Part shown: piece by piece, positions 38,723 through 50,000 of the stretch
How positions within the stretch are numbered: position 1 is the stretch's first letter
How the letters are laid out: each line of letters opens with the position of its first letter
DNA from: a bacterium
GTDB taxonomy: Bacteria > Patescibacteriota > Microgenomatia > Curtissbacterales > GWA2-41-24
Direction of reading: 5' to 3'
Length of the DNA stretch: 64,000 bases
NCBI GenBank assembly: GCA_021813945.1
Contig: JAKAJD010000001.1
Coordinates: 560,412-624,411, forward strand
Notes under the pieces: model-generated
What the model was told of the DNA's origin: nothing
The model's input: the letters and a program-made list of their open reading frames with translations, nothing else
Database searches by the model: none
Position numbers and translations under genes: made by a program

Positions 38723-40354
38723 CTAATTGACAAGTAGGCTTGATGTAGTCTGGGAGTTGCCGATATCATAGGTATAACTCGTCTTGGCAACGTTTGTAAC
38801 AGCGGATTTATAGGTTCCGGTTTGCGACGATCGCAACCTGAATGTGATAGTCCCGTCCGTTGCTGTCGTGCCGGAACCGGAAGATTTACCCCCGGAAGGT
38901 TGTGTCACCATAACTGAAACTGTAGCGCCAGAAACCGGATTGCCGCCGGCATCCAGAACCGTCACCTTTGTGTAAACATTTCGAGTCCAAAACGATTTTG
39001 TGAACCACATCGAGATATTAGAAACGTGCATCACCAAACTCGGAACAGGTGTTGGCGTCGGTGTCGGAGTCGGGCTGGGTGTGGGTGTTGGTGTAGGAGT
39101 TGGGGTTGGGGTAGGTGTTGGACTTGGGGTAGGTGTGGGTGTCGGACTTGGAGCCGGTGATCCTCCACCAACTGCCCTGTACGCATTAATGCGCCCATGT
39201 GCCCATAAAGTACCAGTCCCACCAATTGAGTCGGCAGTATTTTCAATCTGGGCCTTCACGCAACTATTGGTAGAACATAAACCGCTTGCCCAAACCAAAG
39301 CTGCAAGGCCGGCAACATGAGGCGTCGCCATCGACGTTCCCGAAAGGGTTCCATAGTCTGTTTGACCAATCGAATTTGTATGGGTCGGCAAAGTCGAAAA
39401 AATGTTAACTCCTGGCGCCGCTACGTCCACCCAGGATCCATAGCTTGACCAGCTCGGCTTAACATCATTACTATCCGTCGCCGCAACCGACATCACATTA
39501 GGGTAGAAAGCCGGGTAAACCGGTGAAGAGTTGCCGTTGTTGCCGGCTGCCGCAACCACCACTACTCCGTGACTCCAGGCATAACTGACAGCATTGGCCA
39601 AAGTCGAAGAGCTGCTAGAACCGCCAAGACTCATGCTTATTACCTTGGCACCGTTATCCGTTGCCCAAATAATCCCATTGGCAACCCAAGAGTAGTATCC
39701 CGAACCGTTATCATCCAGAACCTTAACATTCATAAGCGAAGACTTGTAGCCGACTCCGGCAACACCAACATTGTTATTGGTCACAGCCGCTGCAATTCCG
39801 GCAACATGAGTGCCGTGTCCGTAAAGGTCATCAACGGTTGAGCTGGTTGTGAAGTTTTGGTTAGCCACAATTTTGGAAGACACATCCGGATGGTTCTGGT
39901 CAATACCGGTATCCAAAATGGCAATGTTAACCGCAGAACTGCCGGTATTTAAATCCCAAGCGCTTTGCGCACTGGTGTTTGCAGCCTGGATTTTAAACAT
40001 TCCCCACTGCTGTGAAAGATAAGTATCATTTGTAGCTGTCATAGCTTTGGCTACAAAATCCGGTTCCGCAAATTCAACGGACGGCAATTTCAAAAATGTA
40101 GAAGAAAATCCGTCTTCCAAACCTTGTGGAACTTCAAGCGCCAGCACATTAATTTTATCCAGCCTATCTTTTACCCTCACCCCAAACCTGGAAACGGTTG
40201 AATTTATTTCGTCCTGTGATGTGCCCATCCTAAACTTAACCAGGACTCTTCCTGTGGTGTGCTCGCCAAAATTCGGCCCGGAAGCCAAGGTATTAGCTGA
40301 AAGAGGCAGAAACAAAAGGAGTGAAATTAGGCAAGATGTAAAAAATCTTCTCAT
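38723..40354 (-). CDS. Subtilisin-family (S8, thermitase-like) secreted serine protease with PT linker and Ig-like C-terminal domain
   Basis: [28 protein letters not shown]; (PT/PS)n linker. Confidence 0.95.
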   Translation of the reverse strand: MRRFFTSCLISLLLFLPLSANTLASGPNFGEHTTGRVLVKFRMGTSQDEINSTVSRFGVRVKDRLDKINVLALEVPQGLEDGFSSTFLKLPSVEFAEPDFVAKAMTATNDTYLSQQWGMFKIQAANTSAQSAWDLNTGSSAVNIAILDTGIDQNHPDVSSKIVANQNFTTSSTVDDLYGHGTHVAGIAAAVTNNNVGVAGVGYKSSLMNVKVLDDNGSGYYSWVANGIIWATDNGAKVISMSLGGSSSSSTLANAVSYAWSHGVVVVAAAGNNGNSSPVYPAFYPNVMSVAATDSNDVKPSWSSYGSWVDVAAPGVNIFSTLPTHTNSIGQTDYGTLSGTSMATPHVAGLAALVWASGLCSTNSCVKAQIENTADSIGGTGTLWAHGRINAYRAVGGGSPAPSPTPTPTPSPTPTPTPTPTPTPTPSPTPTPTPTPVPSLVMHVSNISMWFTKSFWTRNVYTKVTVLDAGGNPVSGATVSVMVTQPSGGKSSGSGTTATDGTITFRLRSSQTGTYKSAVTNVAKTSYTYDIGNSQTTSSLLVN

Positions 40355-40441
40355 TTAGGGTGTAACAGACCAGTCTAAGAAATGAGTAAGGTGCGGTCAA
40401 GATAGCAAAAAGTCAAAGTCAAAGTGTAAAGGGACAGTCCT

Positions 40442-40858
40442 TTAGCGAAGTTTCGCAATAAGGCCGGTTAACATAGCAATTATTTCCTGAAGATCACCTC
40501 TAATTCGACTGCCTGCTTCTTCCTTAATCTGATTAGTTTCAACTAAAATGTAAGTCCAGTAATCTGTTTCTCCGGCAGAACCTCGTGCAATTTCCAAATG
40601 GGAAGCATAACTCTTGCCTCTATGACTATGAAAACCCTCAGCTATATTTGCCGGAACCGAGAAACCTGCAGCCAGCGCCTGCTTCCAGATTTCCCAATCG
40701 GAAAAACCTTTCTTACCTGCTTTTGAAAGCTTGTAAATCTCCAATGCAACCGAATTTGCCTTTTGCCAAACTATTAAATCTTGATAGCTGGTTATCTTCT
40801 GTGGGGTATTAAATTTATCGCTTTGAGTCTTGCCGTTATTATGACTTTGACTTTCCAC
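40442..40858 (-). CDS. Four helix bundle protein (IVS/bAvd-like family)
   Basis: SYQDLIVWQKA, SVPANIAEG, LEIARGSAGE. Confidence 0.9.
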   Translation of the reverse strand: MESQSHNNGKTQSDKFNTPQKITSYQDLIVWQKANSVALEIYKLSKAGKKGFSDWEIWKQALAAGFSVPANIAEGFHSHRGKSYASHLEIARGSAGETDYWTYILVETNQIKEEAGSRIRGDLQEIIAMLTGLIAKLR

Positions 40859-40871
40859 TTTTCACTCTGAC

Positions 40872-41333
40872 TTACAGTTCGTCTTCGCCGTAGATGGAAG
40901 GCAAAATTATTCTTTCCCAATCGTGGATATCCGCTTCCTCAAAAAATCTGTGCAGCTCTTCCTTTGCTGCTTCAGCAGAATCCGAAACGTGGACAATATT
41001 GTTAGACTGCGAAACCGAAAAATCACCGCGAATCGTGCCATATTCCGCTTCCCTTCCGTTTGTCACCCCGGCCATTTTGCGAACGACAGATATTGCGTCT
41101 TTGCCTTCCAAAACCATACAAACCAAAGGCGAAGACATCATGAATTTTTTAAGTCCGGCAAAAAATGGCTTGTCCTTGTGGTGGGAATAATGTTCTTCGA
41201 TAATTGCGTCCGAAGCCTTAATCATCTTGAGCGCAACCAGTTTTAATCCCTTACGCTCAAATCTGTGGATTATTTCTCCAACAAGCCCCCGCTGAAGGGC
41301 ATCCGGTTTTAACAAAACTACAGTCTTTTCCAT
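40872..41333 (-). CDS. ndk: Nucleoside diphosphate kinase
   Basis: EKTVVLLKPDALQRGLVGEII, GTIRGDF, NIVHVSDS (catalytic His). Confidence 0.97.
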   Translation of the reverse strand: MEKTVVLLKPDALQRGLVGEIIHRFERKGLKLVALKMIKASDAIIEEHYSHHKDKPFFAGLKKFMMSSPLVCMVLEGKDAISVVRKMAGVTNGREAEYGTIRGDFSVSQSNNIVHVSDSAEAAKEELHRFFEEADIHDWERIILPSIYGEDEL

Positions 41334-41396
41334 GGTTCTATTTTCGTTGACAGCTTATCTAAATGTCAATCTCCCTCAGCGCCAAAACACTTAACA

Positions 41397-41520
41397 AAGG
41401 TCAGGCCTTAACGACCGCCATTTCCAAGCAGAAGACCTGACCTTGGGACAAAAGATGGGTCATCACTCAAGAAAAAGGGCAGGCCTTTCTCTTGCGTGTC
41501 ATAGGTTAAGGCCTGCCCTT
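41397..41520. repeat. Two REP-like palindromic elements
   Basis: 41397-41444 (spacer cgccatttccaag shared with the copy at 89) and 41475-41520. Confidence 0.88.
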
Positions 41521-41530
41521 AACCCTTGCG

Positions 41531-42013
41531 TTAGTCGTTAGACGTTAGACGTTCACTCTTTTCCCTTTCATTCACCTCAGCCCTCTGTGTCTGGTACCTT
41601 TCTAACTGGCCTTGGAACACAGCTTCCTGAGTAGGAGTCGTAGAAAATAATAGCCAGTTAATCCTGTTAACCCTGCCCGGGCTTAAGTTTCCGCCTAAAT
41701 CACCTTCAATTAAATCTCTAATCGTTTGGTCAGTCACCAGCTGGGGATATCTTGGCAGGTGAAAAACAAATTCTCTCTCATCAAGGGGTACTGTTGGCAA
41801 ATAACCTAAACCGTAAACATAAAGGCCGTGTTCCTCATCCCTGGGGTCGTCCTGGATTTTCAAAACGTGGCCCGATCCAAAAAGAAAGATCTTGCGAAAT
41901 TTGCCCCGCTCTCCGGAAACCTGCCTTAGGCGGTTCGATGCCAAACGGATCAAACCTTGCACCGGTTCTCTTAGCGCTGCGACTTCTTCCGAGTGCAAAA
42001 CCGCCTCGACCAT
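41531..42013 (-). CDS. Hypothetical protein
   Basis: 160-aa ORF with TGCTAAATT 6 nt upstream of the ATG. Confidence 0.55.
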   Translation of the reverse strand: MVEAVLHSEEVAALREPVQGLIRLASNRLRQVSGERGKFRKIFLFGSGHVLKIQDDPRDEEHGLYVYGLGYLPTVPLDEREFVFHLPRYPQLVTDQTIRDLIEGDLGGNLSPGRVNRINWLLFSTTPTQEAVFQGQLERYQTQRAEVNEREKSERLTSND

Positions 42014-42059
42014 GCACCCAATTTAGCACTTTTTAAATGATGAGAAAAGTCTTTATGAA

Positions 42060-42554
42060 TCAAGCTGCCTGCTCATCAACTAACATATAACCAACATTTC
42101 TTTGAGTCCGAATAATTTCAGGTGCGTCTTTCCTTCCTCCATTCAAAATTTTCCTCAGCCTGGCAATATGCACATTTACAGTACCGACAGAAGCATGACC
42201 TCCCCACACTTTTTCAACTAATTCTGTCCTTTCAGCTACTTTATTTTTCCTCAAGACCAGATAGCGCAATAACTCACAATTTAATTTGGTTAAATGAACT
42301 CTTTCCCCACAAACCACAACAGATTGGGCGTCCATGTCAAATTCGAAATACTTATTCACATAAACGCCACTATCAACATGGCCAGTTTCGCTGACCGAAT
42401 CTCTTGCTGTTCTGGACAATCTTCCGTTTCTTACCAGAAAGCCAGCAAAATCACCAAGTTCTTGCCAGCCGTTTGCATGTTCGGGGTCTGCCTCCTTCAT
42501 ACGGCCAACCAGTTCTTGGAGCTTATAAAAACCCGTATTTCTTCTTTCCGGCAT
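42060..42554 (-). CDS. OmpR/PhoB-type winged-helix DNA-binding protein without recognisable receiver domain
   Basis: LT....ELL.YL.....V..R.EL..KVWG...TVNVHIARLRKIL...IIRT.R.VGY. Start ATG 42554 follows TAGAAT. Confidence 0.8.
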   Translation of the reverse strand: MPERRNTGFYKLQELVGRMKEADPEHANGWQELGDFAGFLVRNGRLSRTARDSVSETGHVDSGVYVNKYFEFDMDAQSVVVCGERVHLTKLNCELLRYLVLRKNKVAERTELVEKVWGGHASVGTVNVHIARLRKILNGGRKDAPEIIRTQRNVGYMLVDEQAA

Positions 42555-42615
42555 AAATAAGCATTCTAGCCGAAAGGTCACCTGTTTGCAATTATAGGAT
42601 AAAGTATAGCGCTGT

Positions 42616-42663
42616 AAGGGCAGACCTTTGTTCAGCAAAAACCTTATGTTAAGGCCTGCCCTT
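42616..42663. repeat. REP-like palindromic element
   Basis: aagggcagacctt...aaggcctgccctt. Confidence 0.85.
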
Positions 42664-42745
42664 AACCTAGTACCTGGTCTCTGGTGACTGGTAACTAGTT
42701 ACTAATCTCTTGTTTCCTGTTTCAACTTTATGGTTTATTGTTGCC

Positions 42746-44662
42746 ATGGCAGCTAAGTTAAACTTTTTGATAATTGGTGTCTTCGCCATTCTTGCGATCT
42801 TTTTTGCAATCTCAATCAAAACCAGCGCCGACACCTACTGGCACCTGGCAGTTGGTCGTCAAATTCTTGAAACTAAATCAATTCCCCATACAGATACCTT
42901 CATTTATGGCCCGATAGACAAAACTTTTAATTCAGTAGAATGGCTGTTTGATATATTTTTATATAGTTTTGAAAACCTTTTCGGAATGCTTGGGGTCACT
43001 CTACTTCGAGTTCTAATCGGGATAACCAGCATTTATCTTTTCTACCTGACAATCTCACTTATTACTAAAAACAATATCCTCAAAGGCTTTCTTGCTGCCT
43101 TAACCGGCTACATGCTTGCCTATCGTCTCTATGACAGGCCGGAAATTACCAGCTTCCTTTTGCTTTCTATCGTCAACTACACCTGCATCTACTATTTTCT
43201 TAAAAAGAAACTACCGGTCACAATTTATCTGCTACCTTTCGTTTTCCTGATTTGGCCCAACACCCATCCGTTTGGAATAATCGGCCTAGCAGTTTTTAGC
43301 TTCTTTTTCTTTTTATTTTTATTTGAAAAATTTGTAAAAAGAATCGAATACAAGAATTTAAACCAGATTGTGTTACTCTACGCTGCTTCGATTATCCTCT
43401 CTTTTGTCCAATTCAAAAAGCTATTTGTTTTTCTGGAACTTGGAGGATTAAATTCGCACAATCTTACCGAATTTTATTCCCTGCCACAGCGCTTTTGGTT
43501 AACCAAAGGATATGATATTTTCAATCAAACTTCGTATGACATCTATATCTACTTCATTTCGGCCGTAATATTGATTGGCTCAATCGCCCTACTTGCCAAA
43601 AACTGGCGCAAAAACCTAACCCTAATCTTAATGGGCTTTTTTTATCTGGCGCTTTTTTTGACACCTTTTAAGCTTTACAGAATTTTGCCATCAGTGTTTC
43701 TGATATCTGCCCCCATAATTCTTCTAGTTTGCAAAGATGCTTTACCAAAAATACCTGCCTATACAAACAAAATCGCTGGTGCCTGCTTTACGGTTATTTT
43801 GCTGATCATTGTTATATCCATCGGCCAGCAAAGGATAGCAGGCATTCGCGATTTTGCAATCGTACTTTACCGAGGCACAGATCCTTCCAATTACAAACCA
43901 GCCGGTGTTATCAATTTGCTTTGGAACCCGACTTTTCCCCAAAAAGAGCCGGAAATAATCTCCAAATACCTAAATACTAAACACCTTTTTACTTCGACTC
44001 CCTGGGATGAATACTTTCTTTGGAAAAACTACGGCATCAAAGTCTTCGCCGACGCCCTCTTTTACAACCGCGCCCAAAACGATTATGGAGATGAAGCAGC
44101 CCTAACACACGGAACAGGCAACTGGCAGCAGCTTTTGGAAAAATACGACATCGACACAGTCGTAAATAGCCAGCCCGGCTCCTATTGGCCGGTTAGCGTA
44201 CCTGTCTATACCTTGCCCAACTGGAAGCTCATCTACGCCAACGACGTGGCCTTTGTCTACGCCAGAGATGATGTTATAAAAAACCGTCCAGTTGACCTTT
44301 CTGCTATCAATGAGGGCCTTCAAAATGTCCTCAAAATTGAAGATAAAAATGCAGACTTAGCAATAAAACAACTTCAGGATTTACTAACGTTTGATCCGCA
44401 AAACGCCTTTGCCAGAAGCCAGCTGGCAACCTATTACATAAAAAAAGACACCGAAAAAGCCCGCCAAATTTCTGAAGATTCTCGCCAGATTTACCCCAAA
44501 AATCCGCTTTTCAGCTTGATTCTGGCCGCCTATTACCAGCAGAAAAACCAGTGCACTCAAGCCATAAACTTTGCCGATGAAGCAACCCGAAAAGCCCTAA
44601 ACGACGATTCAATAACCCCCGAAGCCCAAAACATCAAAGACGGTTGCAAATCGAATCTCTGA
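42746..44662 (+). CDS. Polytopic membrane protein (GT-C-like) with C-terminal TPR
   Basis: DTYWHLAVGR, EWLF, RPE, W.NTH, WQQLLEKYDI, C-terminal TPR-like helices. The ORF track starts at 42710. Confidence 0.75.
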   Translation: MAAKLNFLIIGVFAILAIFFAISIKTSADTYWHLAVGRQILETKSIPHTDTFIYGPIDKTFNSVEWLFDIFLYSFENLFGMLGVTLLRVLIGITSIYLFYLTISLITKNNILKGFLAALTGYMLAYRLYDRPEITSFLLLSIVNYTCIYYFLKKKLPVTIYLLPFVFLIWPNTHPFGIIGLAVFSFFFFLFLFEKFVKRIEYKNLNQIVLLYAASIILSFVQFKKLFVFLELGGLNSHNLTEFYSLPQRFWLTKGYDIFNQTSYDIYIYFISAVILIGSIALLAKNWRKNLTLILMGFFYLALFLTPFKLYRILPSVFLISAPIILLVCKDALPKIPAYTNKIAGACFTVILLIIVISIGQQRIAGIRDFAIVLYRGTDPSNYKPAGVINLLWNPTFPQKEPEIISKYLNTKHLFTSTPWDEYFLWKNYGIKVFADALFYNRAQNDYGDEAALTHGTGNWQQLLEKYDIDTVVNSQPGSYWPVSVPVYTLPNWKLIYANDVAFVYARDDVIKNRPVDLSAINEGLQNVLKIEDKNADLAIKQLQDLLTFDPQNAFARSQLATYYIKKDTEKARQISEDSRQIYPKNPLFSLILAAYYQQKNQCTQAINFADEATRKALNDDSITPEAQNIKDGCKSNL

Positions 44663-44671
44663 GGCCATGCA

Positions 44672-44719
44672 AAGGGCAGGCCTTTGTGCGGCAATAATCT
44701 TAGGTTAAGGCCTGCCCTT
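44672..44719. repeat. REP-like palindromic element between convergent genes
   Basis: aagggcaggcctt...aaggcctgccctt. Confidence 0.88.
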
Positions 44720-44767
44720 AACCCTGGTCTCTGGGTACTGTAGACTGGATACTGGAGCTGGGAACTA

Positions 44768-46045
44768 CTATACTTTCAGAAGCTTTTGGAACCTATCTTC
44801 ATCCTTAAATGGTCCTATCACAGCAAGATTAAGTTTGCTGTCTGTCACTAAAAACTGGGCCAGTCGATGAACATCATCTGCCGTAACTCCATCTATTAAC
44901 TTCAAATACTCGCTTAAGGATCTTACCCTTCCCTCCATCAGCTCGTCCGACCCGTAGGAAAGTGCGACCGTTCTGGAATCTTCCCACGAAAGAATCACCT
45001 TACCCTTGATATACTCTTTTGCTTTTTTCAACTCCTTTTCGCTTACTTTTTCACTGGCAACTTCGCCAAATTCCGCCAAAATCACCTTGATTGCTTCATC
45101 AATTCGCTTTAAATCCACTCCTGCCGAAGCCACCAAAGTACCCGTATCGTGGTACGATTCGTGATCCGCCCGAATGTAATAACAAAGACCGCGCTTTTCG
45201 CGAACGTTTATAAAAAGCCGCGAAGACATCCCGCCGCCCAAAATTGTTCCCAAAACAGCAGCCGTATAACGGTCCGGATCTGTAAGTCTTAACCCCCTAA
45301 AGCCAACTACTAAATGAGCCTGGTCTGTCTTTTTATAAGAAATGAGGCAACCCGGTTTTCTTTGATCTTCCTCTACCGGCAAAAATCCGCTTACCGCTTT
45401 TTCTTCTTCTTTGCCGAAATGCTCCGAAATGGCATGATAAGCCTTGTCACGGTCAAAATTACCGGCAACTGCAACAACCATGTTGTTTGGCGCATAGCGC
45501 TCGTTGATGTATTCTTTAAAATCCTTGCGGGTAATTTTGCGAATAACATCTTTTAAGCCTCCGATATCCCAACCCAGCGGCTGGTCTCCCCACAAAAGGT
45601 GTTCGTATATTTCGGAAACCCGCCTCATCGGCGTGTCCTCGTACATGTTCAGTTCCTCAATAATTACCCCGCGTTCTTTTTCAATTTCCGCCTCGTCAAA
45701 TTTTGAATTCCAAACCATATCGGAAAGCATGTCCAAAGCAAGGGGCAAATGCTTAGAAGCAGCTTTAATGTGGTAAGCCGTTACCTCTTTGGAAGTAAAA
45801 GCGTTGTAATCCGCGCCAATTTCGTCTAGGGCGTGTGAAATATCAGAAGCCGTCGGCCTTCTTTTTGTGCCTTTAAAAAACATATGCTCCAGAAAGTGGG
45901 AAATCCCGTTGGTTTCTTTTCGTTCATATCTGGATCCGGCACCGCACATGACAATTGCCGTTGCCGAAAGTACGGAAGAAAGCGGGGCAAAAATTACCCT
46001 TAGCCCGTTTTTTAATGTGACTTTTTCAAAATCAGATGGTTCCAT
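44768..46045 (-). CDS. M16 family (insulinase/pitrilysin) zinc peptidase
   Basis: GSRYE, HFLEH inverted zinc motif, NAFTS.E, GGGMSSRLF..VREKRGL.Y. Confidence 0.95.
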   Translation of the reverse strand: MEPSDFEKVTLKNGLRVIFAPLSSVLSATAIVMCGAGSRYERKETNGISHFLEHMFFKGTKRRPTASDISHALDEIGADYNAFTSKEVTAYHIKAASKHLPLALDMLSDMVWNSKFDEAEIEKERGVIIEELNMYEDTPMRRVSEIYEHLLWGDQPLGWDIGGLKDVIRKITRKDFKEYINERYAPNNMVVAVAGNFDRDKAYHAISEHFGKEEEKAVSGFLPVEEDQRKPGCLISYKKTDQAHLVVGFRGLRLTDPDRYTAAVLGTILGGGMSSRLFINVREKRGLCYYIRADHESYHDTGTLVASAGVDLKRIDEAIKVILAEFGEVASEKVSEKELKKAKEYIKGKVILSWEDSRTVALSYGSDELMEGRVRSLSEYLKLIDGVTADDVHRLAQFLVTDSKLNLAVIGPFKDEDRFQKLLKV

Positions 46046-46060
46046 TTTTGAGTCCCTCGA

Positions 46061-46124
46061 AAAAATATCCGAGGAGCGCCTTTGGCATGACTGAAAGGTG
46101 CCAAGGCGACCTGCTGATATTTTT
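46061..46124 (+). repeat. Hairpin element family 2 (second copy)
   Basis: Near-identical to 8703-8762. Confidence 0.85.
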
Positions 46125-46977
46125 ACCTTATCTCGACATCGTTAACTTCCCAAGAATAGTCATTATAAACTGTGACTGTCGCAAACCGTGGCCCTTGGAA
46201 ATTGCGATCTGAATCGACCGCGCCGACAGTTGTGATTTTAACATTACCTGATGGCGATTTGTACTCGGCAAAAAAATGCAAATCACCGCTAAAAAAACCG
46301 TCGGCTTTTGAACTTTCCATAAGATCCATAAACTGCTTTGCCTGTTTCGCCACCTCAGCGTTATCTTCTCCCATCACATGACCCGACTGGGGATGAAACG
46401 GTGTCTTATGCGCAAACACAAAGGTAAGTTTTGCCTTTTGACTTTTGAGTTTTGAATTTACTTCTTGCCACTCCTCAGGACTAATACCTTTATATATATC
46501 ACTATTATCTACTATAACAAACTGTACCTCATTTTCCTCAAAATCCCTGCTTGGCTGACCAAAAATTTGTTTGTAATTGGTAAGCGCATCATCGCCGCGG
46601 TTTCTGCTATCCCACAAATCATGGTCCCCCGACGTTAAATAATAAGTCAGACCGGATTTATCAAAAACCTGCTTTACAGAAGTTAACTGGTCAACTGTCC
46701 CAATACTCGACCAATCCCCAAGGCCAATCACAAAATTCACACCGGAACCTTTTGCCTGATCTAGGGCTTTGACCAAAAGATCGTTATCGTTTTCGGAATC
46801 CGCAACTAAAGCAAACCTCAAAATCGGCTTTTTAGCTGCTACCTTTTCACCTTGCACCCTATCGATCCCTCCGGCCGGCTCAAAAACCGAAATATGCCCG
46901 AAAACTTTACCTTTTATATAAAAAAACGCCAAAACAGCCAGTGCAACCAAAATCAAAACCACCAAAATCTTCTTCAC
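46123..46977 (-). CDS. Membrane-anchored calcineurin-like metallophosphoesterase
   Basis: ADSE, LGD, GDHD, FAH.TP, SGDLH. Confidence 0.85.
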   Translation of the reverse strand: MKKILVVLILVALAVLAFFYIKGKVFGHISVFEPAGGIDRVQGEKVAAKKPILRFALVADSENDNDLLVKALDQAKGSGVNFVIGLGDWSSIGTVDQLTSVKQVFDKSGLTYYLTSGDHDLWDSRNRGDDALTNYKQIFGQPSRDFEENEVQFVIVDNSDIYKGISPEEWQEVNSKLKSQKAKLTFVFAHKTPFHPQSGHVMGEDNAEVAKQAKQFMDLMESSKADGFFSGDLHFFAEYKSPSGNVKITTVGAVDSDRNFQGPRFATVTVYNDYSWEVNDVEIR

Positions 46978-47025
46978 GGTCGGTATATTCTAGCAAAATC
47001 ATTGGAGTATGAAATTAAACTAAGC

Positions 47026-50000
47026 CTACTCTTCGGGTGCCACCAGTCCCAGAACCGGAAACACAATGCTCGTCTTTGGCTGGTAATAGGTCCCTCCGGA
47101 AACGTTATAGACAACATACGGGAAGACCAAACTTACAGCCGGCACGACCCCGCCGAAAAACACCGCTTCGTCGGAATAATCACTTGGCAAAACCGCGCTT
47201 CCAGAATACGCATTATCTCCCGGAAAAATCTTGGAAATCGCGCTTTGATATTGGGAACTGCTGCTGTAGGAATTCTCCTGATTCAAATATATAAACGAAG
47301 GTGAAATCGCATCCTCCATCAAATACGAATAGACATAATTGTTGTGGTTTTTGCCGGTAGGAGTTTGGTATTTGCTGAATATATTGTTGCCGGAAATTAC
47401 AACGGCGCCGGATTTTCCCATTTCAACAGAAGATACCGTATCGCCTGTTGAAAGGTCCTTAAACGAACGTTTTAGGTTTATGTCGATAACCTTTGCCTCA
47501 CTTGCTATGCTTTCGTTTTTGAGGCTCAAAGATTTTTTAACAGAGTTAAAAGAAAACGCCTTATTTCCTGAATCTGGGGGAACTTGCTTTTGGTCGTAGT
47601 TAGTCTCCAAAATCGTAGTGTAAACAGGTATATCGCCGCTCGTTTTTACTTCAACGGAAACTTTGCCGTCTTTATAATTTTTCGCAAGAATTGTTTTACC
47701 AAACTGGTTATACTCTTTATCCTGCTTCGCCTCGTAGACTGTTTTTCCATTAACCGCCACGCTTATTTTGGGCTCTTCTATATACAAATTATTTCTTTGA
47801 GCATACATCAAACCGGCAAGCAGGCTAAACAGCGACTGAGAATACCCGGCTTGACTAAACGATAAGCCCTTTATCGCCCGATTGGCATCCTCGTTTGTGC
47901 CTTTTTCGATCATCGCAAGTGCCGGCAAAACAGAAGCAAACTGAGTATCACCGTCCCAAACGTACCTGTCGTCTGCACTATTAAGAGCCAGATTACGCAA
48001 TGTCGAAAGGGCCGCCTTATCACCATTCATAGCCCTTATTGCCACGGATTCGGGCGTATTTTTATAAATTGGATCACTCACTTCATCGCCCAAAACCCAT
48101 TGCCTTGCAATTTTTTCTTCCGGCGTGCCGGACCCTACTTGTACCTCGAAATTCTGCGCCAAACCTTGCGGAAGATTAGCAATATTCAAATTACTAATCG
48201 GTTTATTGGCCTTGCCATTAAGAGATTTTACGTACTGCTTCGTCGCTTCCACGACAGAAGGCATGTTGCTAACCTCATCAATCATATGGAGCCCTGCAGC
48301 CTGGTCCAAACCCGCAGCAAGCCAAAGATTAACAACTTGCTGCGATTCCTGACTATAATTGGCATTGACATTCCAATGATCTCCGGACCGAATTTCCAAA
48401 AGATGAGAAACAGTTTCCAGAAAAGAATTTCTTAATTTTGCATACTGGTAAGACGTTGGCGACACTAAACCGTCGCGGGTCATAGCCATTGCATTAGAAT
48501 ACACGTATAAATTTCGCCCCACCTCGCTCGAATCATAACCAAAAGTTGGATAGTTGTTATGAAAAAGAGCACTAACTACATTTGGTGCAACCCACATATC
48601 CATTTTGTTGAAATCTAAATCGGGGTAACTCGCTTCATATGAAATCTTTTTTGAACCCTCAAAAGATTGCCAAAAAGAATTAATGTTTCCTTGCGGCAAA
48701 ATTGGCCGTTTGGAAGAAACGGAATCAAGTGTATTTCCCTGCTTGTCTTTGGCTTCAAATGTAAAAGACAGATCCTTGCTTTGCCGTCCGGCATCTAGAG
48801 GAAATTTGACCTCTCCAAAACCACTGCTTGCCACCTTAAGCGGCTGACTTTTGGAAAACCCAATCTCTTTTATTGTGAGCGAAACGTCTGCCTCAACATC
48901 TTGCTGCGTTGAATTCTGGACAAGTGCGGAAACAACCGGCTGATCAGCTTGATAGTAAAAATTGGAAACAACCGGAATAATGTTGATGCCCTTTTGCGAA
49001 ATAAACTCGCCGGTAGTCTGGCCGAATTGGGAATTTTTGGTGTTGGAAAATACCTGTGCTGTAAATGTCGTTAAATTATCCGGAAGCTTAAATGTTACAG
49101 TCGCCCGCCCGCTGGCATCAGTTTGTAGGTGGGGATTCCAATAAGCGGTGTCGGCAAAATTTTCTCTCGGGCCCATTCCCTTTTCGTTGTGAACATAAAA
49201 CCCATTGGCAAAAAATGTGTGGTACTCAAAGGTCGTTAAGTTGTAAACGACAAACTGCCCGACATGCTTCTCTATCGATATAATCTTGACAGAATTACCG
49301 TTTTCATCCAAAAGTGTATCACCAATTTCGGCCTCCCCGGCTTCATGCCAAGCATTGTTTAAAAATATGCGGTGAACCCAGGTCACATTAAGAGTGCCGT
49401 TAATCGTTAAATAGTCGGAAACTGCATGCCGGAAAGTCTTGGAAACCGTATCGGGAACGAGCGAAGATAAACGCTCGGAAGAACGCGTCTTTATCTTGTC
49501 TCCAATTCTAATATCTTCAATATTGCGTGCTGTGCCGTCTTCCATCAAAATTTTCGTCCCGGCTAAAAAGCAGCCTCCGCCCCCACCGCCCATGAAGGCT
49601 TCTACACCCGTAGTAGAACTAAAACTCGAAACGGCAGAGGTTGGCGTGTAATTGTAAAAATTGTCATAAATATTTTCGTTGAACTGCCCGATTTGCAAAA
49701 TCGAAGCATCGATAACCGAAAGCGAATTGTCGGCAGACACCGGATTTCCAGCCTCATCCTGGGTTGTAATCGCTGCCGAAACCGAATCTCCAGGTTTATA
49801 AATCTGCTTATCAAAAGCGATTTTGGTCGTTAATTTGCGACTCCCTTTGTCAACTAAAAGATTTATGTGGTTCGAAATAACCTGGCCGGCGTTAACGGTA
49901 AACACATCTACCCCAATTCCTCGCCCAAAACTCTCTACAATCTCAATTGGTAAATTCCAACTGCCGCTTCCCAAGTTATTTTTCGAAAGCGAAACGATGT

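Noticed and set aside
39045-39155. Tandem DNA repeat / GV-repeat ORF on the plus strand
   Set aside because: Explained by the (PT/PS)n linker of the subtilase; codons vary synonymously.
49186-49572. Canonical selfish intein with homing endonuclease
   Set aside because: Only 129 aa, no LAGLIDADG motif, +1 residue is Glu, and the host is an exported protein.
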